Assembly (NCBI GenBank): GCA_964016885.1
Contig: OZ024742.1
Span: 275,776,001-275,840,000, forward strand
Direction of reading: 5' to 3'
Origin: Eledone cirrhosa
Taxonomy: Eukaryota
DNA: 64,000 nt
Shown: piece by piece, positions 48,400 to 61,260 of the stretch
Layout of the letters: each line of letters begins with the position of its first letter
Numbering within the stretch: the first letter of the stretch is position 1
Made by a program: the position numbers and the translations under genes
Notes under the pieces: generated by a model
The model's database searches: none
What the model saw: the letters and a program-made list of their open reading frames with translations, nothing else
What the model was told of the DNA's origin: nothing

Positions 48400-49290
48400 T
48401 GGCAAAGACTCAAGAATGTCTGCCCACAGGAAAGTGTGCTTGCACCACTTCTTTTCGACATCTACACCAACGACCAACTAAAAAGTGCAGACACCTTCAT
48501 CTATGCAGGCTATCTTGTTATAGGTGCACAAGACACTGATTTCAAAGTTGTGGCAGAGACTCTCCAATGCTCTGGAAGAGCTAACACCTTATTATGAAGA
48601 GAACCACCTGCATGCAAATCTATCCAAGACGCAGGTGTGTGCTTTGCACCTACAAAACCGTGCAGCCAAGCGCTTACTGGAGGTCAACTGATCAGTAACC
48701 CCTCTTGAACATTGTGAACAACCAGTCTATCTAGGTGAACCCTGGACAGGTGTCTCTCTTTCAAGATCCACATTGAGAAGACCAAGTGCAAAGTGAATGC
48801 GAGGAACATCATCCGCAAGCTCACTGCTCTCTGTTACTTAGCTGCCGAGTATGCATGCCCGGTATGGGAGCGAGCTGTTCATGTCCAGAAGCTAGATCCC
48901 GCCCTCAATGCTAGCTGCCGCTTCATCATAGGCTGCCTGAAATCTACACCTAGGAACTATCTGTATATCTTTGCAGGCATAATCCCCCCCACCAGATACA
49001 ATGGTGATTCAAGCAAGAAAGAGCACCAACAACAGATTACAGATCAAAAACATCCTCTTTTCAGCCATGTGCCAGCCAAAAGCTGCCTTAAATCCAGGAG
49101 AAGGTTCCTAAGGAACATCAAGCATAAATAGTGAGTCACTCGCTGGGAAGGAAAAATTAGCAACCTCCCACTCAGTAACAACAATGGAGCTAAAGTCGAG
49201 TGAGGCACTGCCGCCTGGTACAGATACAAACTATGCAGTGTGGAAATGCCTAAACAGACTAAGATCTGGTGTTGAACATGCATAAGTCAG
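48400..49290 (+). mobile_element. Ingi/Vingi-like LINE RT fragment
   Basis: APLLF.IYTND, FIYA and ALCYLAAEYACPVWER..LNASCRFIIGCLKST. Absent from A. Confidence 0.6.
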
Positions 49291-50502
49291 TATAGTTTGA
49301 GCAGTGTTTCAGTTCAGTAGATCTTGTGACGGACTTAGAAGCTGTAGTGACAAATTCATCTACCACAATGACAGCAAATAGAAAAGGGACTGCCATTCAA
49401 TATAAAAAGAAGCAAAACAAAAAAAGGACACAATATTAACCAATGTGAGAAAGGAAATTTACAAGAAACTGCATAAAAAGACAGAGATAAATGAATTTTC
49501 TATCTTCTTGTGTCAAACCACATGTGGATGTAAATGGTAAACCATTTGTAAACCAAGATTGTACCAGTTTTATGGGTGATGTAGATCTGATGAATCATAT
49601 AATGAGTTATTACTTGGTTGGTAGACGAGGTATATAGTAAATATAAGTATTGTAAATGCTTTTTTTTTTTTACTAAACAGCAAATTGAAAGTTACTCAAA
49701 AGAACTGCAACTGCGGGTATTATCTATTGGGGGAAAGCAAAAGCCAGCAGACAAATGAATATTCCTCTCAATTCACCCAACCTAAAATAGTGTCTCATAT
49801 AGGACCTCATGATGAATGTAATAACATACATGTAGAGTACAACCTGAAATAGCTCATGGGTGTCCCCACTCCACTCTTCAAAATGCAAAGAGAGGAACAT
49901 GATTGAAACAAGGAAGAAGTTCAGTCCATTTATGATGACCAAATGTCTAATGTTCTTTGTGGAGACTAGTATATGAGGTTTGGAACATGGAGACAATAAT
50001 AGGGAAATCAAAAGAAGTGGTGGAGGTAATGGATAGAAGAAGGATGGACCAATATTGAGTGCAGGAGATAAGATGAAAGGAAAGTGATACTAGAATAGTG
50101 AGAAGACACTGACAGAAATAGAAGTTTGTGTACCAAAAGGTTGTCTGGGAAATGTGCATGGTGTTGGTGAGTATCATGATTTCCACAAAGTGTAAGACAG
50201 TGTAGTGAGTATGGCTAGAGTAAGTGAACAGTTGATGGTGGTTAAACTGGTGATTGGAAAGTTCTTGGTGAACATCATATTAAGATATGCCCCACAGGCT
50301 GGTGAGAATGTTGAAGAAAAAGGGAAGTTTTGGTGTGCAATAGAGAAGATGATTGAAGATATATGAAAGACAAGGAAGTTATTGTGATAGGGAGGAATTT
50401 GAATGGATGTGGGAAGGAGTATGGGTGGTTGTGAGTGAGTCCATGGAGATTACAAGTATGGCGTGAAGAATGAAGAAGGAGAAAGGATTTATGAGTTTGC
50501 TG

Positions 50503-50880
50503 ATAGATGCTGTTTACTCGAGAGAAGACTACGTTGGTATGGTCACGTGATGCGCATGAAAGACAGCTGTATAAAAAAGTGCAGGGCTATCAAAATAGAT
50601 GGAAGCTACGGAGTAGGCAGACCCAGAAAAACCCGGGACGATTTGATAAATTCTGACCTTACACCTCTCCAAGACAATGTCACTGGACCGAGATCTTTGG
50701 CGCTACGCAGTAATACAGAAGACCCGCCTTGCCTAAGTACAAAGCGAAACCTAGTCAGTAGGCACCTCCTAACCAAAAATACACCCCCATCTACAACACC
50801 CCTTTCTCTCTAAAGTTATGTTGGTACCACAACTTCCAGTCCTAAATAAGTGAGGTTGTGTACGGGTCACGACAAAAAAA
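50503..50880 (+). mobile_element. RTE subfamily 2 3' fragment
   Basis: RCCLLERRLRWYGHVMRMK, matching 40574-40830. Confidence 0.85.
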
Positions 50881-50882
50881 GT

Positions 50883-51150
50883 TAGAAAGAGAATTGAGGA
50901 GAAAAATATCGGTTGTTATCCGACAGGTTTGCAGCCGAGCGCGTGGCAGTGGAGACTTCTGGTGTCCTTGGCCCTAGGGCCACCTCCCTGCTCACCACCA
51001 TTGGCACAGAGTTAGCATCCTGCAGGTGTGAGTTTTGCGAGCTGGAATGGCTCTTCCAGCGCATCTCCCTCAACATCCTCCAGGGAAATGCCTTCTCTAT
51101 TCGCTCCGCTGGACACCCATTTGCTCAGAATAGTGAGAGATGGGGAGAGC
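50883..51150 (+). mobile_element. Restriction-like endonuclease (RLE) domain fragment of a CRE-like non-LTR element
   Basis: VAVETSGVLGPRA..L..IG..L....E.EWLFQRISLNILQGNA..I is the typical C-terminus of CRE-clade ORFs. Confidence 0.6.
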
Positions 51151-52576
51151 AGGAGGGACAAAGGTGGTGACAGTAGGAGTTTGGTTCTTTTGTGTTCAAG
51201 AGAGAATTAGTATTTGGTAGTATCATCGTCATCATCATCATTTAACATCTATCTTTCACACTAGCATGGGTTAGATGGTTTTGTTCCATTTGATGCGGGA
51301 GACCGTGTCTTGCCCGTACGGAAGTGTTTCTGGCAGGTTTTTTACAGCTGGATGCCCTTCATTACAGTGTCTCCTACATGACCACCTTACAGTGTAGACT
51401 GTTGTGTCATTGACAGTGGACGGAACCGGAAAGGGAGGATGGGGTAGGGTGTGCGCGGTGGGGTGTAGATTGGGTTATGAGGTGCCTACAGACTGTAGGT
51501 TTGTATGCAGTGGCAGTTGGGTCTTCTGTACAACTGCATATATGATATTAAAGACAAAGTAGCTGGTGGTGAATTCTTCCTCTATATTTCTTCCACTACT
51601 TCCACAAGGAAAGAGATTCAGAGAATGGGGCAGTTACAGAAGTACAGAAACAAGAGGAAGAATGTAATTTTTTCTGAGGGTGGAGGGTTGTTGACCTGGA
51701 GAAAACTTTCAATAGGGTTCTACGTGAAGTAGTGGCAAGGATATTGAGAGAGTTGGGAATGGAGGAATGGTTGATTAGAATATTAATGGTAATCATGAGA
51801 AAGCATAAGGATGAAAGTCGAGAACAGTGATGAGTTTGAAGTGCGGTTGGTGTGCATCAGAGATCTGTATTAAGCCCACTATTATTTGTAGTTGGAATGG
51901 AAATACTGGCTTGAAGTGGAAAGAAAGGTTTAGTATGGGAGTTACTACACACAGATGATCTGGTGTTCATAACAGGGTATGATGTTAAGCTGGATCTTTG
52001 GAATGGTATAAATATGGCTCAAATTCTGCAAGAGTATTTAGAGTGTAATGTGAATGGAAGATGTTCCGGAAACTAAATAGTGTGCTAATGAGGGGTGGGG
52101 GTGTCACTGAAACTGAAGGGAAAGGTGTAATGTGCATGTGGGAAGTTCCATGATATATAGGAGTGACTCATGGGTGATGAAGATTGAAAGAACAGAAATG
52201 AGGATTTTTACAGAGATAGAGGAAGACAAACAATAGATTGCAGAGGATTATGAGAATAAAACCAGTGATGAATAGGATTAAGGAATCATTATTGTGTGTA
52301 TTTATGTATCACATTCCTCGAGACCTGCTGTAGAAGGCTGTGCAGGAGTATGGGATTAATGGTCAATTTCTTGCTGCTCTGATGTCTCTATATGAATGCC
52401 CGAGTATGTGTTAGGATAAATGGTATTAAATTGAAACCATTCAAATGTGTATACTGTCATCTCTCCTGTTATTTACATGAACAGGATTGACATGCACAGC
52501 AGGGTTGGAAGTGGTATCATGACTGGCAGGTGTAAAATTGGTCGGCTGCAATTTGCAAATGACAAGATGTTACTTA

Positions 52577-55500
52577 TAGTCCAGTTCCTTGTGTATTTTC
52601 GTTCAAATTTTTTGGAGATTTACTAAACTATACATTTTTGGAAACGTTAGGATGTATTGAACACAAAAATCAATGTTGCCATTTTTTTAGGGTTCCGAAC
52701 ATGACCGTCTTAGAGCTTCAAAATAGCGACCGTTTGAAATCTAAATTTACCAATATATCCACTTCCAAGCCATGTAGCCTTTTACTTTCAGTGGCTAAAC
52801 TTACATTTTAAGGGACCAGAAATTGACAACAATCCCTTACGTTTAACATGAAGAAAGATTTTTAAAATAAAAATACCAATTTTAATGACAAAACTGCAAA
52901 CACCACATGCAAATATATTTCTTCTCTAGATCCACTCATAATCAGGATATCGAAGCACGAGTCAAACATAATAAAAATAAATTTGTCTTCACGTACACTT
53001 TATTTTAATACATAAAACAAATAAAAATAAATTTGTCTTCATGTACACTTTATTTTAATACATAAAACAATTAATTCGTGGATACTTTGCTTTTATCCAT
53101 TTCACGATAAAATCAGTCATGACTTTTAACAGGCACGAATACAAATTTGTGCACACTTTATTGCCACTTTTAGAACGGAATCAGTCATCACTCTCACTAT
53201 CAGTATTACCTGAGTCAAGGTTTTCATAAACTCTTTCCGTGTCATTTTCACACTGTGTGGTGCACAGCAGATTCTTTGACCTGCAAGAACATCTTTGTGA
53301 GGAACAATCTCCCTTGCACTGGCATCTCACCATCTCACTGATGGCTTTAGGTGCTGGAGGATCATCAGTAGTGGTTGGTTTTAGTTGGCCATCATCTCCC
53401 TTGTAGTAGCCATTCTGCATTGGATCCAGCAGAACTTGCTGGAGAGTGCTTGCACATGTACCCTTAAGATGTGCTTCTTGAGGGCACCAACTGTAGGTGG
53501 TAACTTGTCACTCTCTGACATGTATTTACAGAACAGGTACCATCACAACTCTGGAATGCTTTTGATTTGGATTCCCTTTGGACTGTAGGCAGGACAGACA
53601 AAACTTTCCAAGGTGGTCAGAAGTTCTTCAGTCATTTCAGTATCATCAGACAGCTTTTTCAGAGCGTCAATGGTGTTATCGTCAGTTTCAAGGAAGATCT
53701 TGAACCATGTGGCCTTTCCTACTCTAGAAAACCTTCCCATAATATTTGCTGTAGTAGAGAGTCTTTTCTACCAAGTACTTGGTCAAATCAGCTTTCGTCT
53801 TTTCATGTGACAGGAATCTGCTCATGGTTATGTGCTTGATGCTCGTCTCATCTCTGACTTGATACTGGACTGGATCCTTCCCCTTGGCGTCTCTTCTGCC
53901 TGGTTGCATTCTTCAAGGAATCGGTCTTACATGTGTCAAACACGAGAATTATTTTGTCAAAGTTCTGCGTGAGGTTCATCAGTCTTTCATAGAAACTTTG
54001 GCTTAGATCTCTCACTGTAACCATGGTAGCTGGTTTCTTAGTCAGCTTCTGAATAAGCACCATTCCATCTACCACCGCAACCCCCCTGTTGTGATTGAGA
54101 TTGTCCTTTTCAGTGGCTTCATCTTGCAGTGAATCATCTTGTGCTATTTTCTCTGATGCTATCTACTCAAGGAGATGAATGAGTTTGGACTTGTTAGTGC
54201 ATGGCAACACTGACCCATTTGGGGCAAATAGTGCTCTTGGTGTCAAGGTGAACTCGTAATTGCTAATTGCTTCTTTCTGGTTCACGTCTCGGTCGGACCT
54301 GGCAAGAACCATAAGTCTGCCATACAAATCTTTGGTTTCCTTCATGTCAATGGTTTTGTCACAAACCTTTACAGCATGTCTCTTGTTGCCAGATGTGAAC
54401 ATCTCGTTATTTTGTCTCTTCACTGGTGCCCAAAGGCTGACGTTTCCATTGATATGTTCAGCAACATATTCCTCGTACAGCTTTTGTCCAGTGTCATCTA
54501 TCTCCAAGATCTGCGTTACATACTCATCTGGGATATATACATGAGTTATCAAGTTGTAGAGTGTTTCCCCATCAGCAGCAAATGGATTGCCGTGAGTCAA
54601 TATAGCACGCTTGATTTTGCTTACTGCTCCATGATCTCGCTTGATTGCAGCTGGAGATAGGTCATGATGCTCAAGGGCATGGCTTTCACCAACACCGAAT
54701 TGGTCCTTAAACTCCTTCGTAAGGCAGGACATTTCAGGAGCTGCCATGAAGAAGCGTTGCCTTGCATTTGGATTATTGGAAATTCCAATGAGACCAGCTT
54801 GAACTTTCATGAATTTGTTAAGATGTTCACAGGCATGGTCACCTCCAATGGATACGAACGGGATGGCATTCTTGGTGATGGATATATTGCCCTCTTCAAG
54901 TTCCCTCCATGTGTCGGGGTGGTTGGTCTTCAATGCGTGCATATCTGCTATGTAGCGTGGCCAGAGTCTCTTATACTTTAACCTGTCCATTGAGAAGAAC
55001 AGCTTGCTCAGTGCTTCTCCAGCTTCAAGATGAAGATTCAGATCAGCATTCCGTGATGCCGCTACAAAGTACAGAACTGTCTCTACCCGATGCATATAGT
55101 TCATCAATGATCTGAACATGGCATTCTTAGACTTCTCTGCTTCCCAGTCTTGCAGTTTCTTGATCACATCATACTCTGCTAAGACTTGCTGTAGATGAAC
55201 ATTTGCATGCTTCACAGACTCAGCCTTGGTGCTTTTGTTCTGAACTGCCTCTTTTACTTGAATCGTTGCTTCTAGACACAGATCTTTCAGATGAGGATTG
55301 TCCTCTAGGAACTGCTCCAATGCCAGTTCATAAAGTGCCATGTGGGAGTAAATGTGTGCATTTGAGAATTTGTCTGGTTGTGGCAGAACTATACAGATCG
55401 GCTTCCATCCAGGCGTCGTCTATTCCCGAGTTTTCAATTGAAGAGCCGAGAGCTCTCAACGCAGCCATGACAACATGAAACTCACCAAGTCTTGGCAGCA

Positions 55501-58004
55501 CTTTGCCCTTCAAATCCGGCCTAGCATTAACCAACTGTACTGCTTTCTTGTAGAGTGCCATGTTCTCTAACATGCTGCGACCGAAAGCCAGCATGCTCAG
55601 TTTGGGGCTTGTATGTGACTTGTCTCTTAGACTTGAATCCAAACATCAGATTTTGACTCATTGTAAGGGCAGCTCTGTCCACATCATGTGTTCGAACTTC
55701 AGTCTCCAGTTCATTTGCAGGCCCTGCCATGATCCAGCGAATAAGTGTATAGAGTTCCACTGGCACATCATCTATTTTGCTGGAAACTGGGATTGAACTT
55801 TGTGGCGGTTGTCTTTTGGTAAAATTTTCAATGCTTTGGCGAACAAGCTGTGCTGACCTATAGAGATTCTTCATGTTGTCCATGTCATCAGAAGTGATGG
55901 CAGAGTGAACCATTTTAACCTCACAGGCTTCAGGGTAATACAACACAGCTGACTTTCGCCTATTGCTTTGCAGAACAGACCTTACACCTGGTAATTCTGT
56001 TAATATTTTGTCTTTCAGCCATTGTCTGGTATAGACAGGTCTGTGATTTGGCAAAGCCTCTGCTCCACTAGCATGTTCAAATAGGTATTCTCGATCTCTG
56101 CCATGGAAAGATATGCACTACCTGTAGTTTGCACGAATTCAATGAAACTAGCTGTTTGCTGTTGACACCCTCTCTTTGTTTGCGATAGCGTTATCTCTCA
56201 GAACATGGAACACATTTCTTGTCCAACACTGTTTCTGATATTTGATATCAACAACGTGGGCATCCCCTTCGGAGATGCAAGATGCCATTCTTGTTTTTAG
56301 TTCTGGATTAGGAGAGATTTCCACAGCTTTTTTTAGAGCTTGGCCCGCATTGGCAGTTCTTACTGCAAACAACTGTTGGTCACCAAACGTTTGACAAAAA
56401 AAGCATAAATCATTTTCCAGTGGGTTTGTTGCTGACTGTGTAAACGGCCCTAAGATTGCGGCAGAGGTTGATGGCTCACTCCTGTCAAAGCTTGAAGGGC
56501 GTCCTCGCTTTCTGCGGATATGTGATCCAGTAGACAAAGACCGTTGGTGACGGTCTCTTGCACGTTGCATTTTGATTTTACTGGTGGTGTTGGAGTAGCA
56601 CGTGCGATGCCAAAAAGACTTATTTCTCTGCAAAGTTTCTGTTGTGCAGTCTTCTAGCCTCTTTTGACAAATTTGCCATCATGCAGTAATGCTCGCTCCT
56701 TCACTGCAGCTAACAAACTATGGTATGAATCTAATTTTGGTTGTAACACAAACTGGCCTGCATCTTGTAGGCACAAAATACACCGTTTCCAGTCAATTGT
56801 CTCTTGTTGCTGTCTACCAAGTCGTGGTAACGTTGCTGTGGCCACGTTGTTCATTGGTCTGAAAAATTATAAACACTAATGAAGTAATTACATGGCATTT
56901 GATTATTATTATTATTTTTATCATTATCATTATTATGTTAAATTAGCCACTAAAATTAGAAGCCCAGTTGGTTAGAATTTGAGATACTGTTGAAAAAGGT
57001 TATCGGTAGACATCATCATCAACGTTTAACGTCCGTGTTCCACGCTTGCATGGGTTTGGACGGGGGGTAGTCCCACTTGAGGCAAGAGTGATTGTCTTGC
57101 TCGCATAGGACTGTCTGGCAGGTTTTCTACAGTTGGATGCCCTTCCTAACACCAACCACATTTACAGTGTGGGTCTGGGAGGTTTTTACCGTGTTGCCTA
57201 CACGGCCACATTACAGCGTGGACTGTGTGTTTTTTTGTCGTGACACCTACACGATCTCATTTGTTTCGGCCTGGATGGCGCGGCACCAACATAACTTTAC
57301 ATAGAACGGGGGTGGTGTGGATGGGGTGGCGGTGGTGGGACGGGGTGTATTTTGTTAGAGATGCCTACTGGCTGTACTAGGTTTTACTATATATTTAGGT
57401 AAGGCGGGTCTTCTCTGTTACTGAGTACCGCCAAAGGTCTCGGTCCAGTGACATTGTCTTGGAGAGGTGTAAGTGTGTGATGTCGGAGTTTATCAGCTCG
57501 TCCCAGGTTTTTCTAGGTCTGCCTATTCCGTGACTACCGTCTATCTTTATTGCCCTGCACTTTGTTATACAGCTATCGACTTTCATGCGCATCACGTATC
57601 CATACCAACGTAGCCTTCTCTCGAGTAAACAACATCTGATCCCTCTTATCTCTAATTTTTTCCTTAGTTCGTTTATGCTTTGCCGTTCACGTATATTACT
57701 GTTACACATCCAGCGGAGCATGCAAGCTTCGTTCCTCTCTAGTCTGCGTATATCCTCTGCACACAATGCCCAGGTCTCACTGCCATGCAACATTGCTGTT
57801 CGTATGCAGGCATCGTACAACCTGCCTTTCATTTTTAGGGAGACACCATTTTGAAATTCCAAGATAGCCACCAGACACCTTGAAAAAAATGGCAACTTCG
57901 GTTTTTCGATTCAGTATGTCCTAAAGTTTTCGAAAATGTATAGTTTTGCTAATCTCCAAGAAATCTGAACGAAAGTACCAATCGTTACATTATGAACTTG
58001 ACTA
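52577..58004 (-). mobile_element. Academ (AcademX-type) DNA transposon, decayed, with both termini
   Basis: TAGTC...GACTA ends, ~150-bp imperfect TIRs, and 3-bp TSD TTA (52574-52576, 58005-58007) confirmed by the empty site at ~31858. ORF pieces 53181-56860 carry RLGEFH, XPG-like VDGM..VFD..R and a Cys-rich RCQCKGDC..RCSC end. Confidence 0.8.
57011..57845 (-). mobile_element. RTE subfamily 2 3' fragment nested in Academ
   Basis: Near-identical to 40250-41025. Confidence 0.9.
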
Positions 58005-58959
58005 TTAACTTGAAGATGATCTTTGACTTGTACTTGATAGGTTTGATGCTGAGTGCTGCATGGCTGGAATGAAAATCAGTGCTGCGAGAACTGGGTCACT
58101 TGTCCTCTCAAGGAAACCTGCGCAGTGCACTCTACATGTGAATCGAGTTCCACTGGAGCAGGTGGCCATGTTCAAATTTGATGGAAGGTAGGAGGCTGAA
58201 TTAAATGCAAGAATTGCAGGAGCTGGTGCAGTAATGCGCAAGCTTCAGCACTCACAAGAAGGGAGATAGGCATAGAAGGGAAACTCTTTATCTTCAGTTC
58301 GATATTCATGCTCACCTTTACTTATGGTCGTGAATCATGGGCAATGACCGAAAGTATACGATCACAAATACAAGCGCCGGTAATGAGATGCCTCTTTAAG
58401 GTCTTTGGAGGAACGTTACTCGATAAAGTGCAAAGTCGGAGATCAGAGTGTCACTCTAGGTTGAGCTGCTACTTCTTCAAATTGAGAGATCACAGCTCAG
58501 ATACCAAGGGCATGTGGTTAGAATGTCTCAGGAAAAAATTGCTAGACATATTTTATGGGCAAAACAAACTGGCAAGAAGACCCAAAATAACAACCAAAAA
58601 ATAAAATAGTTTTTGGAGATTCGTAAATTGTAAATAATTCAAATAGTTCTCCAAAAATAATGGTAATGTTTTACACTTACCCCCATCTCACGTTGCAGCA
58701 AAAATTTTTTGTTTAGATACTTATTCCGAAACTCCACCTCTTTTTTTAAAAATTCATTTCTAAATCATTTAACGTGCTCCTACCTTGTTAGCAAGTGTTG
58801 GACGGGTAATTAGAATAATTTATTCAAAACATACGGTACATCGGATCGGTTGATTTTACTTTCACCTTAATGCAGTGATGGTTTATAGGGAATTTGCCGT
58901 CAATAATACACCCAAGAAAAGACGATTGAATAAAGAAAGCAACTAAAATGAATAAATAC

Positions 58960-59225
58960 CTCGTATATATTAGAGCTATTGTTGGGAAATCAGAAATGGC
59001 GGTTGAATGTGTTGTATTCTCTCTTCTCTTCTACACTCTTTCCTTCTTCGTTTGTATATATATATATATATATATATAAAATATTATAGTAGATAAATAT
59101 GGCTACGTTACAATAACTTTATGTTTTGTGTTTAATAGATAATTCTACAGATCGATTTGATACGTTTGAAAATAAGACTGAAAGGTTTTTCAAAAACGGC
59201 AAACGCAGATTGTAGTCAATATCCG
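58960..59225 (-). promoter_or_regulatory. Putative non-coding first exon/promoter of ZNF B
   Basis: Paralog of 33453-33720 with the conserved donor-like site. Confidence 0.35.
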
Positions 59226-59553
59226 GTGCTCTATGTATCTAAACTATAATAAAGGAAGGTCTGCGGGATTGCGTACGGTTTATTTCTTTTTATCCTGTTA
59301 GTAAAATAAGTTGGATTACTTTGAATAAATAATGAATGAATATTACATAATTTATCTACTAAATTTGGTAAACAAAAATAATTTCCTAAAAATAAATAAT
59401 TTAAAATTGACTACTTTTCAAAGTTGCACTTCCGGTATATCGTTGCCACCACCACCACCACCTTAACTATAATAAAGGAAGGGCTGCGGGACTGCGTACG
59501 TTTTTTTTTTTTTATCTCGTTAGTAAAATAAGTTGGATTACTTTGAATAAATA

Positions 59554-59729
59554 ATTGTTTCTACTTTTTGGCACAAGGCCAGCAATTACCAAGTACATTA
59601 CTGGTACTTTATTTTATTGACCCCGTAAGGATGAAAGGCAAAGTTAACCTCGGCGGGATTTGAACTCAGAATGGCAAGGGCCGTAACTAAGCGTCAAAGC
59701 ATGGCGTCCGACCCTCTACCGATACTGCC
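59554..59729 (-). mobile_element. SINE family 1
   Basis: Reverse complement of the 2528-2714 family. Confidence 0.85.
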
Positions 59730-59946
59730 TATTACATAATTTATCTACTAAATTTCGTAAAAATAAATAATTTAAAATTGACTTCTTTTCAAAGTTGCAC
59801 TTCCGATATATTGTTGCCACCACCAGAGAGTGTGTAATGTCAACACTTCCAGTGGCGATCTCTTAAATAAACTTACTATTTTCTGTCACTAATTTTCTCC
59901 TAATGCAGTTTATATATAATATCGTCTTTTTTAAATGTATCATGGA

Positions 59947-60829
59947 CTAGCAGTAAAGCCCGGCGTTGCTCGGGGTCGCTCAGTAGCTGTGTTAAAGTTA
60001 CAATGTTAAGTTTCTTTCTTGGCTTAAAAACTGTAGTGTCTACTGCGCAGACTTGCATGTGGTGTTTTTGATTAATATTCCCTCAACCAACAATATGCCT
60101 TATGAAGTTAAGAAAACATAACGATAACCCGAATGTTATAACAAAAGAGGATGCTGGGGATAGAAACTGCACTGGTTATTTATTAACAAAGATCGAAAAT
60201 GTAAACACTGCAACGCAGAGAAAAACATTAGCGTAACCAAATTATCAGTTATGTCTGTCTGCACGCCTATATCACCTCTCTGCACGACTATCTGTCTGCA
60301 CGCCTATATCACCTCTCTGGACGACTATCTGTCTGCACGCCTATATCACCTCTCTGCACGACTGTCTGTCTGCACGCCTAACGACGAAATATTTGCTTGT
60401 TTTACGTAGTCTTTAAATAGACTTGTTTTCAAGTAAAAATATTGTTTTAAAATGCTTTTAAATGGAAATGAAGCAAAACGGAAGCTTAGTGTTCGAACTG
60501 ATGAATTTTGCAGGTCAATATTTTGCTGGCTCGACAACTGTTAATGTCATTTTAAACGCTGAGAAAGCCAGCGTAATTTTTTACGTAAGACGCTCAATGT
60601 AAACAGAACAAAGGGAAATAACTGATCACTTACGCTCAAAAATCGATACATTATATTCGATTTCGTCACATAGGGTGGGTCAATTTGAAATGTTTTTTTT
60701 TCCGATGTCTTCGCTAGGGCTCAATGTACAAGTATAGCAATTTCGGTGCAATTCCGTGAGAGATTCTAAGAGGAGATGTGTGCCAAAAATCGATAGTCAG
60801 ACAGACAACCACAGTTTTATATATATAGA
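59947..60829 (-). mobile_element. Non-autonomous Helitron (nested)
   Basis: Minus strand A|TCTATATATATAAAA start. Ends CCCGAGCAACGCCGGG hairpin + CTTTACTGCTAG|T. Confidence 0.75.
60254..60380. repeat. 37-bp minisatellite x ~3.4 inside Helitron
   Basis: TCTGTCTGCACGCCTATATCACCTCTCTGCACGACTA at 60254, 60291, 60328 and (partial) 60365. Confidence 0.9.
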
Positions 60830-61260
60830 TTACGTTACTGATTACATAAGACAGTGTAACAACGTCTTCGTTCAATTTCTGTTTATATTGTCAATTACGA
60901 TTTTATTTGATGTATAATATCAGTATACACACTATACATGCTAGCAGAAAATCACCCGTAGGGTGGTTTTTATGCTAGTGATATTAAAGACAATGTAGCT
61001 GGCGGTGATTTCTTCCACTACTTAAGAGAATGGAACAGTTACAAAAGTACAGGAACAAGAGGAAGAATGTATTTTTTTTTCTTTGAGGGTGGAGGGTAGT
61101 TGACTTCGAGAAAGCTCTCAATAGGGTGCCTTGTGAAGTAGTGGCAAGAGCATTGAAATAGTTGGGAGAGGAGGAATGGTTGGTTAGAATAGTGATGGCA
61201 ATGTATGTGAAAGCATGAACAGTTGTAAGGAAGAAAGTATACCTATCTATCTATCTATCT

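Larger units (their letters stand above)
59238..60978 (+). mobile_element. Putative non-autonomous Helitron with duplicated 5' region
   Basis: A|TCTAAACTATAATAAAG start where homology to A breaks off. ~225-bp internal duplication (59242 vs 59465). Ends with hairpin AAAATCACCC-GTA-GGGTGGTTTT + ATGCTAG|T. Confidence 0.55.

Noticed and set aside
54163-55341. 392-aa ORF as a host gene
   Set aside because: It is one fragment of the frameshifted Academ transposase between TIRs.
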